In this document: positions 22,983 to 36,720 of the stretch, in pieces
Position numbering within the stretch: position 1 is the stretch's first letter
Layout of the letters: each line of letters starts with the position of its first letter
Source: Camelus dromedarius
Lineage: Eukaryota
Assembly (NCBI RefSeq): GCF_036321535.1
Contig: NC_087437.1
Coordinates: 82,276,001 to 82,340,000 of the forward strand
Direction: 5' to 3'
DNA: 64,000 nt
The notes under the pieces: generated by a model
Databases searched by the model: none
What the model was told of the DNA's origin: nothing
What the model saw: the letters and a program-made list of their open reading frames with translations, nothing else
Position numbers and translations under genes: made by a program

Positions 22983-24637
22983 AGACGGCTAGAGGATACA
23001 AGTAAGATAAAAACAACTGTATCTTCAAATTGTGGAAACCACTTCATTTTGGGGTGTGCTTGTTAACAGACTGGCATACTCTGGGCTGTCTTAATTACTG
23101 AAATGTCCAGATGCTCAAAATTCTCTTTAGTGCTGCCCACTGATACCGCCACTTCTACTTTTGCTGGAGGGATTGGAAAAAGCTTTCACTATTCCAGATC
23201 ATTGGTAACCCCAGATGTACTAGGAAAAGCATATGGTAACTTTCAGTTACTGAGTGCAACTCTTCTCAGGTGAAAATGGCCCCTGTTGTGTTTATTTTTA
23301 ATAAGAATTAGGGTTGTTGCTTAATGAAGGGAACATATAAGGAAGCAAAAGCCATGGGAACAGCAAGCTTTCTTTAAGTACTTCACCTCTTCCTGCCCTG
23401 CATCTCCTCTCACCATCTCCTTTCCAAAAATTCTGGACATGAAACAAAATGGATAGAGTGACAAATGCTGCTTGTGGAGTCAGAATTACTTCCCAGAGGG
23501 CTCTTTAAATCTTGATCATTATTGCCTTAGCGTTAGAGTGCTTTTGTCTTCCTACTGTATTCTTGATTCCCTTCAATGACCACAGTTCTGACTTAAGCAC
23601 CTTGAAATGCCATTCCATATAACCTTGGAGAGTAACGCTTATAGCTCAGCTGATCCTCAGAGGAATCTTATCTCTACCTTTCCTGGTCAGTTTTAGCGTT
23701 TTTCTCTGGTTAAAGTAGGAAAAGCCACTTTTTGACCCTATCTGAAAGGGAAATTTCCCAAGAAGATTTAATCAAGGAAAGTGAGCCAGGAAAGAGAAAT
23801 TAAAAAAAAAAAAATCTAAATGACAAAAATAACCACTTAACAATTCTATGGTCCCACAGGTAGTTTTGGTTACAGAAATTTGAAGACAGAGATTGTTCAA
23901 GTTTACAAATGGTGTATTAAAAGATTATGAATTTTTGAAATCCTTCCCTTTTAATAATTTGTTCATCAGTCAATGGTGCAGAAAGCTAAAATACACATGA
24001 AGGCATAAGTAACATTTATTTTTCTTGGGCATCCATTTTTATTACCTAGTTATGAATCTACTAAGTGCAAAACACTGTGTACTCTGCTGGATGTGGTGGT
24101 TTAGTGGGGCCGGGGCAGGGTGGTTCTAACCCACAAGGGGATACATTAAAGAAGGATAATAGCACATTTAGAACAAATTGAAACTAAATTATACTTTAAG
24201 GCTGTGAAATTTTCAGACCACAGGGAAGGGAGACAAGATTGTGTAAAAGGAGTAGGCTTTTCTTGAACCCTAATGAAGTTCATGAAATTGACTAGAGATG
24301 ACCATTTTACTCATTTTGTTGAGTCTTGAACCCTCCCTTATTTTTCTTCTGCTTTTGTCAAGAACTATTTTCAAACAAGGGTAATTATCTGGGGTGTCCG
24401 AAATGTGAAGTAGAGAAAATTCTGCCCCTTTAGCTGAATAGGTGTCCTGAGTACCAGGCAGCTGAGGGAGGTCTCTGCTAGGTCAAGCTGGGTGAAGTAT
24501 CCCTTGTGATCACGGTTGAGGAGATAACACCTTGGAACCCGTATTTAATTAAGTTACTGTCAACAATCGTGGTGAGATTCTAAGAATCAGATGCTTCAAG
24601 TATACTAACTGAAGACACCTGGTCACATAATTTAGTG

Positions 24638-24652
24638 CCCCCCCCCCCCCCC
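24638..24652. repeat. Poly-C run (C15)
   Basis: 15 consecutive C. Confidence 0.98.
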
Positions 24653-25855
24653 GAAAAGCAGAGACTTTTTCCATTAACTTCTTGCTTATATTTTATAGGC
24701 TGTTTTCAGTACAAGCAAGGATATCCTGGCAGTTGGGAAGACCTCCTCAAGCTTTGGAGGTTCCCTTTTCACTTCATTCAATGGTTTGACAAAGTTTGTT
24801 TGATATGTTTTTGAAAGAAAAAAAACAAAGGTGAGAAATCACTTGAATCACTAAGTAAATTAACTTAACACAACTGGAAGTTACTAAAATGATTCATTTC
24901 TAGACACTTCATCCTGTCTCCAGAGTGATTAATTAGTTGTTATAGACTCCACGCATGTTAAAAATGTGGTCGTTATTTTTAGGACTTTAGGATTTTTTTT
25001 TTTTTTAAACAAAAAGCCCATGACTACCCTCAAGCCAGAAAATAATAGAAAATTGCAATTGTCTTTCATTTCTCAATTCTTTGTCTCATACAAGATATGT
25101 TTTACACTCAACAAGAAAGACAGTCAGAATTCTCTTTCTCTGTGTGTGTGTGTCCGTCTCTTTGTGTATATCACGTATACCCCCAAAATTCATTATGAGG
25201 AAAGAAAAGGATACTGATGAAATATGTATACAAGAAAATTACAGGGAAAGTTTTCATACTGTTTCCTTTGGATGAGGGGATACACTTAGTAGCCTGTCAT
25301 ATAAAGAATGCTTAGACCAATGACTTTTTTGCTATCTTCATCTGCTTCAGAGGAGATGACTTTCTGAGTGCAAATATATTTTGTGGGGTCTTTGTTGAAA
25401 AAAAAAAAACAGTGGAAAGAATAGGATACTTGGAAAATACATATTTTAAACAGTTGGACAAAGACAGACGGTTCATTTTTTTTTATTCCTGCCAAGCCAT
25501 TTCCATTTAGGATTGAAAAAACCACAGTTTGATATTGGATTTAGGACCAAATTTTCAAAGGAATATATTGCCAGGGAACATGCATGGAATTCCCACTGAT
25601 AATAGCATAAAACACAAAAGGATGGAATCTGATCATCCAGTGTGGTCTCTTGTTCTGGCATATTGGTTAACCAGCTAACAGCTATCTTTGGACACACAAA
25701 GGTGTTGATAGGTTGTAAGCTTCTTGTGGATAGATGTTGATTGATTTATCTTGTCTTTTCTAGCAACTCAGTAAATAAGATACTCAACAAATATTCAGTA
25801 ATCACCTGTAAAATATTGTATTTAAGAGGACGATTTCAGTGAGACTGCCATGGTC

Positions 25856-26331
25856 TGTGTTAGTGTTTGCCAAGAAGCAGATCTGCCAAAAGTGGACACC
25901 AAGACAGCATTAAACGTACAAGAAAAATTTAGGGGAAATGCCTATGAGCAAAAATGGGGAGGAAGCTGGGAAAGTCTGAAAGATGTTAGAGTAGAATGCA
26001 GGTTGGACCCCAAATAAGAGCAAGAAAAAGAGAAAGGAAGAAAGAAAGTTTGGGTGGGAACATCTTAGTCTGAAGTGCAGTTCTAAGAAAAGCTGGGTAA
26101 GGCCACTGGGGAGTCCTCAAGCCAAAGTTGTTTATCAAAGGAATCGCACATCTTCCAGGGAAAGCTATGACTTGGTGTCTTTATTGTACTCAGTCGTTGA
26201 GAGTAGCCGGTGGAAAGTGTATCTCAAAGCAAGGGCAGGGTTGACATTTCAGAGTGCAGCCCCTGGGCCACTAAGTCAGCTACGCTCTCTACTGAGAGAA
26301 ATCCGAGAGGCATGTTCTCAGGGTCACCACA
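25856..26331 (-). mobile_element. LTR33-like ERVL solo LTR
   Basis: ttaggggaaatgcctatgag..gaggaagctggg; gtgcagttctaagaaaag..aaggccactggggagtcctcaagccaaagt; tttcagagtgcagcccctgggcc; ends gtcaccaca. Confidence 0.75.
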
Positions 26332-26564
26332 TAGTTCTTCATCAAAATTTGTGTTTCTTTCCAGTGACAAGGGCAGCTTTTCTTTTTGGTTAAGATCTGT
26401 TGGTGGCTGTGAAGATGAATTGAGATAATGTATATAAGGGGCTTAGCACAGCACATAGTGATTGCATAATAAGAGCAGCTCGTTTCTTGGCATCATGAAT
26501 GGTATTACCTATCTGAACCTCATTATGTACTAAGCACAATGATGGGCACTTTATGCAACTGGAC

Positions 26565-26760
26565 ATCCTAGAGAGAACAGAATGCAGTTTAAAAGTGGGA
26601 TGGGACACTTACCAGCTGTGTGACCATGTTGGACAAGTTATTGAAAGTCTCTGAGCCTCAATTTTCATATATGTGAGACAGAGATAAAACACCCACAATA
26701 GAGGATGGTAAAGGGCCTAGAAGAAATCAAGTACTAGTGTCTGGTCTATACCAGGAATGC
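26565..26760 (+). mobile_element. MIR
   Basis: cacttaccagctgtgtgacc..ggacaagttattgaaagtctctgagcctcaattttcatatatgtgagacagagataa. Confidence 0.8.
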
Positions 26761-26819
26761 TGCATATAGGTCTTGTTATAATTTGTAAGCATCACAAGAA
26801 CCCAGCAAAATGACTGATT

Positions 26820-27235
26820 CTGAAAGGCTGACCATATGGACTTGTATCAACAGGGTTCTTGAACCCTTCAGGCTTTCTTTTGGGTTTGGCCAAAGGAAAG
26901 CCCTTGCAGGAAGCTGTGAGGGGATGACAGCGAGCTAAGGGATCTATTCCCTTGGCCCCTTCCCTGTAACACCTAACTGTCTTCCTACTGAAAGTTACTA
27001 TTCTTCACCAGATAGATTCCACCCAACTTTCTTGCCTTCTGGAGAGATAATGCTTCCCCTCTTTGTCATCAGGCCCACTGGTGGTAAAACCTCAGCTGTC
27101 ACAGCCTCCAGGTTATTGAAGTTGCCTTTGTAGCTCCTTGTACCCACACATTCGTGAATCAGGGGCCTGAAATACACCCTCTCTCTGAATTATCCTATTG
27201 TGAGTATGTCTACACTTTTTTGTGGGGACTGCCAG
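26820..27235 (+). mobile_element. LTR40/41-like ERVL LTR
   Basis: aggctgaccatatggacttgtatcaacagg..tgggtttggccaaaggaaagccc..caggaag; tattcccttggccccttccctg; gaattatcctattgtgagtatg. Confidence 0.7.
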
Positions 27236-28669
27236 TGGATTTTAGTTCTTCTCTCTTTAACTCAACACCCTCTTTCCATGAAATATGAACATTAGATATT
27301 AGTTCAGTTAAAAATAACCTTTTAAATAGGGAAGGTTAAAGACAAATGAGGTGAAGTACTCCTGTATTTGGAATCTGGCACCAAGATAATTGGTTTAAGA
27401 AAAACTTAGAAGCTCTTTCAAAGAAAACCATAATTGTAAACAACCATGCTAAGCCTGAGGGAGAGAAGCATGGACAAGAAACCCTTGATTTAGGATGTAT
27501 CCTTTAACCTCTCTGACCCTTAAATCAGAGTGTGGGCAAATGTGGGACCATTTCGGCTGTAACAATACTGGCCAACAAAATATTGTCTATGGAAGGAGAT
27601 TTAATCTTTTGATTCTTGGAAGAGTGCTTTAAAATTCTTGGTCAAAGGACAGGTGGATCAGGGCAGGTAATTTTGTCTTCGATGTGTTCATGGATTTCAC
27701 TCAGAAGAAACATCTGGCCGACGGTGAGGACATTGCCAGGCAAGATCACAGTGGTTTCTGTTGAGCCCTTAGGGGGTGGTGGCTGGGCAGGGGAAGCCTA
27801 GGGCTCAGGGAGGAGGGTTTTCCTGTTTTTCCAGCTGGTATGAAGCCTGACAGCCCTAGAATAAAATGGCTTGAAATGGATGGCCTCAGGTAGAGAAACG
27901 TTTTTAAAGAAAATGGAAAATCAGACCCCATCAGTGTAAATGTGAAAGCTCCAGCCAGCAGACAATTTCAAACAGATTTGCAGAAGGTTTTTCAACAGTT
28001 ACTTAGATGAAATTCTATGTTACTTTGGACCTCAAAGAGCAAACATGGAGCCCATATGATACCTATGGATTCGAGACAGATGACCTGTTCTCACTCTCTG
28101 CTTTCTGGCATTGAAAACAAGCAAGGACAGTTTTCTCCTTGGGTGGCAGATGTTTTCCTAATAGTTAAAGGAAAAGTTTTGGCTCCTGGTTTGGAAATGG
28201 CCACACACCACCCTGATTAATTATACTTTGAAGGATGGGAGTGAAACTATATAATTTTAGAGAAATTGGATTGGCTTTGCTTTTTTCTCAGGGAAGAAAC
28301 TGAAAGTGCTCAGCAGCTGAAACAATAGATGGCAGGAATTAGAGAGGCGTAACAATATAACCTGAGAGCTCAGAATGGAGTGAGGTCTTCCTTCTTCATA
28401 TGCCCAGGGCTGCTTCATCCCCCGCTGTCTTTCAAATGTCACTTTGGTGCCCTCTATGGCTTTACTTTATGCTGCTATTAATCTCCTTTTGGAAAGAAAA
28501 GACAGACTTCAGAGCACAACACACTTCCTCATCACCATAGTCCAGTTGATTTCTTTTAATTTCAGATTCCAAAAACACCAAGTACACTGTCCTTTCTAGA
28601 TAAATATAAGACCAGGTGGAGAGGGGAAACCCCTTTTCCAGGTGGATTGTGTTTAGTAGAAGAAGAAAT

Positions 28670-28865
28670 AGAGAATTTAGATTAGATGTTCTTGTTCAAG
28701 GCTTTACTGGCTATGCTATTTTGGGAAAGTCTTTACCTCTCAGGTTCATCTGTAAAATGAAACTCTTGTTGAAACTCCCCTGGCATGATTGCTGTAATGG
28801 GTGAGTGAAATGGTGCATGTAGACATGCTTTGAAAACTATAATTTACTGTAAATATTAGTTGTAA
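28670..28865 (+). mobile_element. MIR
   Basis: actggctatgctattttgggaaagtctttacctctc..catctgtaaaatga...gtgaaatggtgcatgtagacatgctttgaaaactata. Confidence 0.75.
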
Positions 28866-28967
28866 TTAATGTGATTCATGAAAAAAAACACTTTCATTCA
28901 TTTTCAATTTGTCTGTTTCTACTTTGTCTTTTGGATAGTCATCACTAGGGGAATTTACGTTTGTGAA

Positions 28968-29073
28968 ATCAATCAATCCATTCATATTTATTAAACATCT
29001 GCTTTGTGCATGGCCTTGTGCTACATGCTCTGGAGGATACAAAGATGACTAAAACATGGTTCTTGCTCTCTTG
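28968..29073 (-). mobile_element. L2 3' end fragment (target of the adjacent L1)
   Basis: catatttattaaacatctgctttgtgcatggccttgtgcta..tgctctggaggatacaaagatgactaaaacatggttcttgctctc. Confidence 0.8.
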
Positions 29074-29102
29074 CTTATCCATTCTTGCTCTCTTGCTTAT
29101 CT

Positions 29103-29432
29103 AAAAAATGAGACAAATGAACTTATTAACAAAACAGAAACAAACTCACAGACATAGAAAACAAACTTAGGGTTACCAGTGGGGGAAGAGGGTGGGAAGG
29201 GATGAAGTGGAAGTTTGAGATTTGCAGATACTAAATACTATATATATAACATAGATAAACAACAAGTTTCTTCTGTATAGCACAGGGAACTATATTCAGT
29301 CTTATAGTAACTCATGGTGAAAAAGTATGAAAACGAATATATGCATATGTATGACTGAACTATTAGGCTGTACACCAGAAATTGAGACAACATTGTAAAC
29401 TGACTCTACTTCAATATATATATATATAAAAG
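29103..29432 (+). mobile_element. Artiodactyl-type L1 3' UTR, 5'-truncated, with TSD
   Basis: acaaatgaacttatt..caaaacagaaacaaactcacagacatagaaaacaaactta; ctgtatagcacagggaactatattca; caacattgtaaactgactctacttcaat. Flanking repeat catggttcttgct(c/t)tcttg at 29055-29073 and 29437-29455. Confidence 0.92.
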
Positions 29433-29694
29433 AGAGCATGGTTCTTGCTTTCTTGGATCATATAAACTGGTCAGGGGTTTAAGACACTAGAAAATAACTC
29501 CTCTCCTTTCTCTCTCCTCCATGTGGCTCTAGTGGGGCTGTCATTATGGAGTACTCTTCCCTTTTTCTCTATTTTATTTGTTCTCAGAATATTGGAGTTC
29601 CTGATTTTAAGCAACAACAACAACAACAACAAAACTCTGAGTTGAGCAAAAATTGAACTTTGGGTGGGAGGCAACAAGCAGAGTTAAACAAAGA

Positions 29695-30095
29695 GTCTTA
29701 GGTAGGTTCCCTAAAAGCAGAGCCTGAGACAGAGATTAAGATGCCCATAATTCATTGAGGCTGAATGGAAAGGAAAACTTGTGAGGAAGGAGGAAAGCAG
29801 TATAGGTAAGGACAAGGAGCTAAGCAAGGATGTGATCTTAGGTAAGCTCTACTCTTAGTTTGAAAGTGTGTATTTTAAGGCAGGAGGCTGAAATTTTGCA
29901 CCTCCCTATCAGTCATTTATTGGCTATGTTGGGGTAGGGGATATTGAAAGGTCCCCAGCAGGTGTCCCAGTCAGCCAAGGGCAATGCTCTAGAGAAAGCT
30001 GTAGGTATAAGCTGCTAGATGCAGCTGACATAGCCGCTGGGTATTGAACACTGGCTGGTAAAAGGAATATGGTTGGGGTGCCCCAGTATCTACTA
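29695..30095 (-). mobile_element. LTR16A-like ERVL solo LTR
   Basis: gtcttaggtaggttccctaaaagcagagcctgagacagagatt is the reverse of the LTR16 3' end. Also cagccaagggcaatgctctagagaa and ggtaaaaggaatatggttggggtgccccagtatctacta. Confidence 0.75.
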
Positions 30096-30564
30096 GAAGA
30101 GGGCAAGAAGCTAAGACTCAGAAGAGGTCAGGACCCAGTGTTCTCTGGAGGACATAGTGGATCTCAGTATCAAGAATTAATTATTATGGTATTGGAATGA
30201 ATGAGCACCAACCATTTCCCAACTTTTGAAACACTCAGCTTAAATCCAAAGTCCAAAAAGAAAGGCTCTGATTAGACATTGGAATAGAGAAGTTCCCTTT
30301 TTCTGTGAGTCACTACTCTGGGGGCATACAAAACTGGAATTGAAGGAAATCAATCTGCAGTAGGAGGGAATAAGGCCATAGCTAGGAGGGTACAGAGCTG
30401 AGAGATGGAGTCTGAAGTCTTATATCTTCAAGCATGGTTCCATCTTTGATGAAGGCAGCATCTCCAGTTAGCCAATAAATTTCCCAGATAGCCAATAAAT
30501 TTCCTTTTGACTTAAACAACTTGGGGCAGAGATATATCACTTGAAATCAAATGAGCTTTGGTGA

Positions 30565-31035
30565 AAGAATTTTGGTCCCCTGATGTTACTCCTGGGAATA
30601 TGTTATGTTACATTGCACAGTGGATTTTGCAGATGTGATTAAGGTTACTAATCAGCTGACCTTAAAATAGGGAGATTATCCTGGATTATCTGGTCAGGCC
30701 TATTCTAATTACATAAACCCTGAAAAGCAGAGGTCTTTCTCTGACTGGTAGCAGAAGGGAAAGTCCGAGACTTGAGGTGCTATTTTTGGCTTGTAGATGA
30801 AGGGGCCACATGTCAAGCAAATGGGAATCTCAGTCCTACAACAGCAGTGAACTGAATTCTACCTCAAAGCGGAATCTTCTCTAGAAGATCCCAGCCCAGC
30901 TAACACCAACACTTCTGCTCTGTGACCCCTGAGTAGAGATACCTTGGGATACATTGTGCCCAAATTTCTGACTCAGAACTGTGAGACAGTATTATTTTAA
31001 TCCACCAAGTTTGTGGTTATTTAGAAAACTAATAA
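30565..31035 (+). mobile_element. MaLR solo LTR (MLT1D/E-like)
   Basis: ggattttgcagatgtgattaaggttactaatcagctgaccttaaaatagggagattatcctggattatctgg; tcagtcctacaac..gaactgaattct; agaactgtgaga; agtttgtggttattt..agaaaactaata. Confidence 0.88.
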
Positions 31036-33179
31036 ATGAGCCAAATTAGTGCTAATTTTTTCATTCAATGACATTTATGGAGGCTCTGCCTTGTGTCCAA
31101 ATGTCTAGAGCCATATGGACACAAACACTAAATAAATACAAAAAAAAATGGTGATTATACAAGGTTCCCCTCAGAGACTCTATGGCCTCTTTATAAAGAA
31201 TGCTTGCACCAATGGCGGGGACCATATTTTGTTCATCTCTTGTCTCATGAGACCTTCCTGGCACACAACTGGTATTAACTCCTATTTGTCCTGCTAAACT
31301 GAATGGCTTTAAAGTACAGGTGGCTCAGCAGTGCACAGTGCTGGTGAATAAGGAGCTAGGGACTTTAGTGTGGGCTGGAGGTTACGCTTTAGAGAATATT
31401 TTCTGGTTCCTGGTTTAGTTTTTAATTTATATTATAAGTAAAGATTTTTAAAAAATCCTTTAAATGCTTAGGGTTCTTACTTCCTTAAAATATGGAACTC
31501 CTATTTTTATTCTAAAACTAAGATTAATTGTGAGTCTTTATGGCTCATGATTCAGATGCCTCAATCATAAGCATATGTTCCAGTTGTAAGGTTGGAAGCA
31601 GGTTCAGAAATCAGCAAACTCAGCAATTATTTTATATCTGCTTCTCAAAAGTGTAATGTATTTATGTTTAACTAGCGCTTTTCCCTTAGTGACTTGTATT
31701 AGTGTCTGATCTAATTACCAAATATTGGTCCCCCTGTGTTCTAGATTGTGCAGGATGTCCTGGTCCTGTCTTTGCATTTTGATACTCTAGAGTGAAGTTC
31801 CCCCATATGCCAGGCAAGTATCTGAAGCCTGCCTCTTTGCTCCTTTGATCTTCACCATTTGCAGTTACTTGTTTCTCTCCTGGGAATGGTTCTGGGAACT
31901 TGCAAACATCTGGTCTTGTATACTTTTCAGTAACTCCAAACTGTCTCTTGACTGACTGACTTCTCTTACTTTTACTTCCTTTCTCTAGGTTGGGAATGGG
32001 TAAAACAGCTTAAATGACCCCAAGCGTCACTTCCCTCATGATTCCTGTACTTGGGAGGAAATATCCAAGTACTCTTAAATTTTGTTATTCTTCCAGAGGA
32101 TGGCTCATGACCATTTCACATTTCAGAGTTGGGAGAGTTGAGGGTTTCAGTAACTTTGATCTATATAACGTATCTGGTCAAAACCAAATAAACAAAAGAA
32201 CTGTTCTATCATGGTTGATTGCATTTTTACAGATGTGACATTCTTGAAGTACTGCTGTCTTTGGAACCATAGCTTCACATCGGAAAAGGGGAACAGTATT
32301 AAGTAATAGTTTGGGTCTCTCTTTGACATCTTCCCTTGAGAAGCATTAAATGTTACCATTATCTTGACAGTTCAAAAGCTAGTCATGTGGTTGATATTTT
32401 ACCAGTGAGATAAATGTGGAAAAATGTCATTTTTCATTTAATTAGTTCTGTCAGTACAAACTTGGCAAGAGATAATAGTAATGAGACATTGGCATTTAGG
32501 CATTTTCGTATTTACTTTTGTGACTTAGGATTATAATGACTTTCATGTATCCTTACACTGACCCTGTCTGGTTTAGAAATTCTGAAATTAGAATGTCAAA
32601 CCTCTTTCCTATTCCTGCAGACAGAAGAAACAACACTCATCAAATGCTGGAGTTTTGATCAGATGCAGCCACAGAGCAATGAAAAACATTTTATATTAAC
32701 CAGTTGATAATTATGACTTACATGGAAAAATGGATTTTTCATTTTACTTTTCTGGAAAAGTTTTTGCTACGTAATTTGATCTGTGTTTTGTTTTTTTGTT
32801 GTTTTTTCAACTCTTCCCTGTTTTGCACGATCAAAGTTATTTTCAAACCGAAATCTAGAGTTGGTTCTCTTTTCCTGTCTTAATGTTAAAGAGCCTTGGA
32901 ACATATGTATGACCATGGCTTCTTACTTTTCTAGTTCAAATTACTAGAATTCAGAACTTAGCCTTGGCATTCTATTAATAGAAAAACCAATGAAGAATTA
33001 GATGTTTTTAAAACAGTAAGAAACTGTTTTTTGTTTTTTGTTTTTAATGATTCCATGAGGGAAGGAAGGTAATATATATGCTGGTTAGGCTAGGAGAATA
33101 AGCTATAACAGTAGTAATAATAACTTCTGTTTATTGAATGCCTAGTCTGTGTCTGATAATTACATGAACAATATCACCA

Positions 33180-36100
33180 CCTCTTTCTGATAATATGATG
33201 GACCAAGTACTCAGACAAACCCTCCCATGGAATACTACTAAAAATGCTTTGTAGTTGTACTTACAAGCATCAATGAGTAAGCAACAAAAAAAGGAATTAG
33301 CAGGCTAAAACCTAGTAGGTCAAGGCAGAAATCCAGAGAGCTGAGCTATCTTTACATTTAACTTTCATTCTGAGGACTTTTATTGAACCTAGTAACCTTC
33401 AGCTTTGATTTCCTCATTGAGTTATGTGACAGGAAAGAAATCTCAGGTGTGAAGTCTAATAAAGGAACCTACTCCAGAGAGCTGGGACAAAAGCACTATA
33501 CACCTCAGCATAAAGATGAGGGTAAATGCCTCCCCTCCAGTTGAAGAGACAAATACATGGAACATATGAGAAAGATTAAGAGACACAAAGGAGAGGGTGA
33601 GATATCTCACGTAAGTGTAATTTTAGTTTCATAAAGAAATAATAAAGAGAATGGGAAGCAATATCCAAAGAGATGATAGCTGAGAATTTTCCAGAATTAA
33701 TGAAAGACATAAATCCTCAGATGCATAAACCCCAAAGACTCCAAAGCAGATATTAAAAAAAGAAACCCTAACCAAAACACATTAGCTTGAAACTAGAGAA
33801 CATGAAAGACAAAGAAAACATCTTTAAAGCAGTCAGAAGGAATAAACTGACCACCTACAGAGGAATGGTTGACAGCTGGTTTCTTGCAGCAATAACAGAA
33901 GCCAGAAGCCAGTGCAGTGATATCTTCAATATGTTAGGCAAAAATAATTGCCAGTTAGGAATTCTTAACCTAGTAAAAACTAGTAAAAACTACCCTACAA
34001 AATCAAAGGCAAAATAACATTTTCAGGCAAGCCTGAACTGAGTGTACTTCTGAAATATTATTAAACTAATTTCTAAAGAATCTATTTCTATAGAATACAT
34101 TTCAGAAATGATAAAAATGATCCTAGATGAAAAAATATGAGCTTCAGTAAGAAATGATAAGCAAAGATAAAGTTAAATAAATATGGGGGTGAAGAGTGGG
34201 TTAAAACTGAAATTAAGGCAAAACTAAAATACTAGAAATCAGCAGAACTTAAGTTGGGAAGGAAGTAACGTAAAAATTGTGTTGAGAGAGGTAAAGATGT
34301 TGATTTTTATGGTATACATGCTGTAAGTTATAGGAAGACCAATAGAAGAATAAAAACAGAATACACAAATTGAAAACTGGTAAAGGAAAATAAAAGTGAG
34401 AAAAATAATTTTTAAAAGGCAAGAAAGAGGAAAAAGCATGAAAAGAGCAGGATAAATAGACAAAAGCAATTAAGAGAATAGATAAAAGTGTAAATGTGAG
34501 TAATTACAAAAATGTAAATGAAGTAAATGCTTCAGCTAAAATATAAAGATGGTTAGACTGGATGCCAATATAAAAGGATTGGAAAATATATCAGGCAAGT
34601 GTAGTCAAAAGAAAGATATTGTAGCCATTTTAATATCATACAAAAGCATGCTTTCAAGCAAAAAAGCATAATTAGATAATCTTTTCGAAGTGATAGAATA
34701 TTTAATTCACCAGGAAAGTATAATAATTTAAAATTTGTGTGTACCTAATATACCTCAAAATAAAGAACTAAAAGAGAAATCTGCATTATAACAGGAGATT
34801 TTGACATACTTCTCAGAAACTGAGTGATGGGACAAAAAGAAATCAGTAGGGAAGGTAAAGATTTAAACAATATGATTAATAATCATATCCAAATGGACAT
34901 GTATAATAACATGCCACCACAATAGGGTATGCATTCTGGATAAAAACACAAAGGACATTTGAAAAAATTGACCATGAAACAGTCTCAGTTTTCAAAGTCC
35001 TGTATTGTTCTTTGAACACAGTGTAGTTAAGCTAAAAATCAATAACCAAAAGATAACCAATGAAACTCCACACATTGAGAAATTAAGAAGTATATTTCTA
35101 AGAAAATCATGTCAAAATATCACAATAAAAACTAGAAAATATTTAGATTGAAAGGATTGTGAAGTACTGATATCAAAACATATGAGATGTGGATAGAGCA
35201 GCAATTAGAAATTTTAGATTTTAATCATATCAAAACAAAAACTAAGGTTAAAAGTAAGTGAATGATACAGTCATCCTAAGAGGATGGGAAAAGAACAGCA
35301 AAGTAAACCGTAAAAACCTGGAAAGAAGGAAATAATGGAGACTTGGGCTAAAGTTAATGTGACAGAAGATAAGCATTGAAAAAGGTTGAACAAAAACAAA
35401 ATTTGGTTGTTTGGACAGACATACAATTGACAAAACCTTGTCAAGATTAATCAAGAAATAAATGAGCTGTCCCAAATAAGCAATATAAGGAATGGAAAAG
35501 GGGATAAAATTGCCAGCATTAAGGAGATAATAAATTGATAATTTGAACAACTCCATGCCAATTAATTTGAAAATTTATTTAAAGTAAACAAATTCCTAGA
35601 AAACTTTGGCCAAAACCAAAACTGACTTAGGAAGAAAGAGAACATAGGAATAATCATATAACCATTAACAAAACTGGCACTAGTTAAAGATCTTCCCACA
35701 TAGAAACTCCAGCCCTTAGATGGTTTTACCATGGAGTCCAACCAAACACTTAAGGAACAAATAATTTCAATTTTATGTAAACTATTGCACAGTAGAGTAA
35801 AAGAGGGTCTATTTCTCAACTCATTTGGTTAGTGTAACCTTCATATCAAAAACCTGATGTGGAGAAAACAAACGAAAATTGCAGGTGAATCTCATTCAGG
35901 AGCATATATACAGTGATCTTAAAATATTAGCAAACTTAATCCAGAAATGTGTTTAAAAAAAATACAGCATACCCAACTTATGTTTATTTTAGAATGTAAT
36001 TTTTTTTAAAAAGCATCGGAAAAATCATTCTAACTCTCTGTATTAACAGATCAAAGAAAAAATATTGTCAATAGATGTTGAAAAATGGTTTGATAGAACT

Positions 36101-36560
36101 CAATATATACTCATGAAGAAAACTCAGTACATCAGAAATAAAAGGGAATTTTTTAACTTGATAAAGAGTAACTAAAGAAGCCTACGGCAGTTACCAAATT
36201 TAATGGTGAAGCAATGAATGTTTTTCCTTTAATATTAGGAATAAGACAAGTGTGTTTATTTTTACAATTTTGCCCAATGTTGTACTGAAGACTCTAGCAC
36301 TGAAAGTAAAGCTGAAAAAAATTAAAAGGTATTAGGATTAAAGAGTAATAAGCAAAATCATTAGTAGATATGATTCTTTGCATCAAGAATAAAATACTAC
36401 AGATAAAATGTTGGAATTAATAAAAACTTAGCAAGTTTGCTGTACATAAACTGCATTAACAAAAATAAGAATTAAAAAAGGTACCATTCATAGTAGCATC
36501 AAAAATATAAACTATCTAGGAATAAGTCTACTAAAAATATGAAAAGCCTTTATGGAGGAA
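33180..36560 (+). mobile_element. Old L1M element, 5' end through ORF1 and endonuclease/RT part of ORF2, with many deletions and stops
   Basis: ORF 33787..34017 (KDKENIFKAVR..TYRG..TEARSQCSDIFNML.KNNCQ) is an L1 ORF1 remnant. Also gagatgatagctgagaattttccagaattaatgaaagacat, and ORF2 tracts aacaaattcctagaaaac, agatggttttaccatggag, ggaataagacaag, aaaatatgaaaagcctttatgga. Confidence 0.9.
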
Positions 36561-36720
36561 ATAATATGTTATCTCTAGTTTTTGTACCAGCTCAGCAAGG
36601 ATATTAATATCATCCATCAAAGATGTAAAGCAACTTCCATAGATACCACATGCTGGGAAGTGGAGAGAAAGGGATGTGAACCTAGACCTGTCCAACTCCA
36701 AGATCTGTGTTTTCCCCAAC
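36560..36720 (-). mobile_element. MIR fragment
   Basis: ggatattaatatcatccat..aagatg..gataccacatgctgggaagtggagagaaagggatgtgaacctagacctgtccaactccaag. Confidence 0.65.

Noticed and set aside
30468..30504. Repeated tagccaataaatttcc as a regulatory CCAAT pair or repeat array
   Set aside because: It is a small local duplication inside a decayed MLT1-like LTR polyadenylation region, with only two copies.
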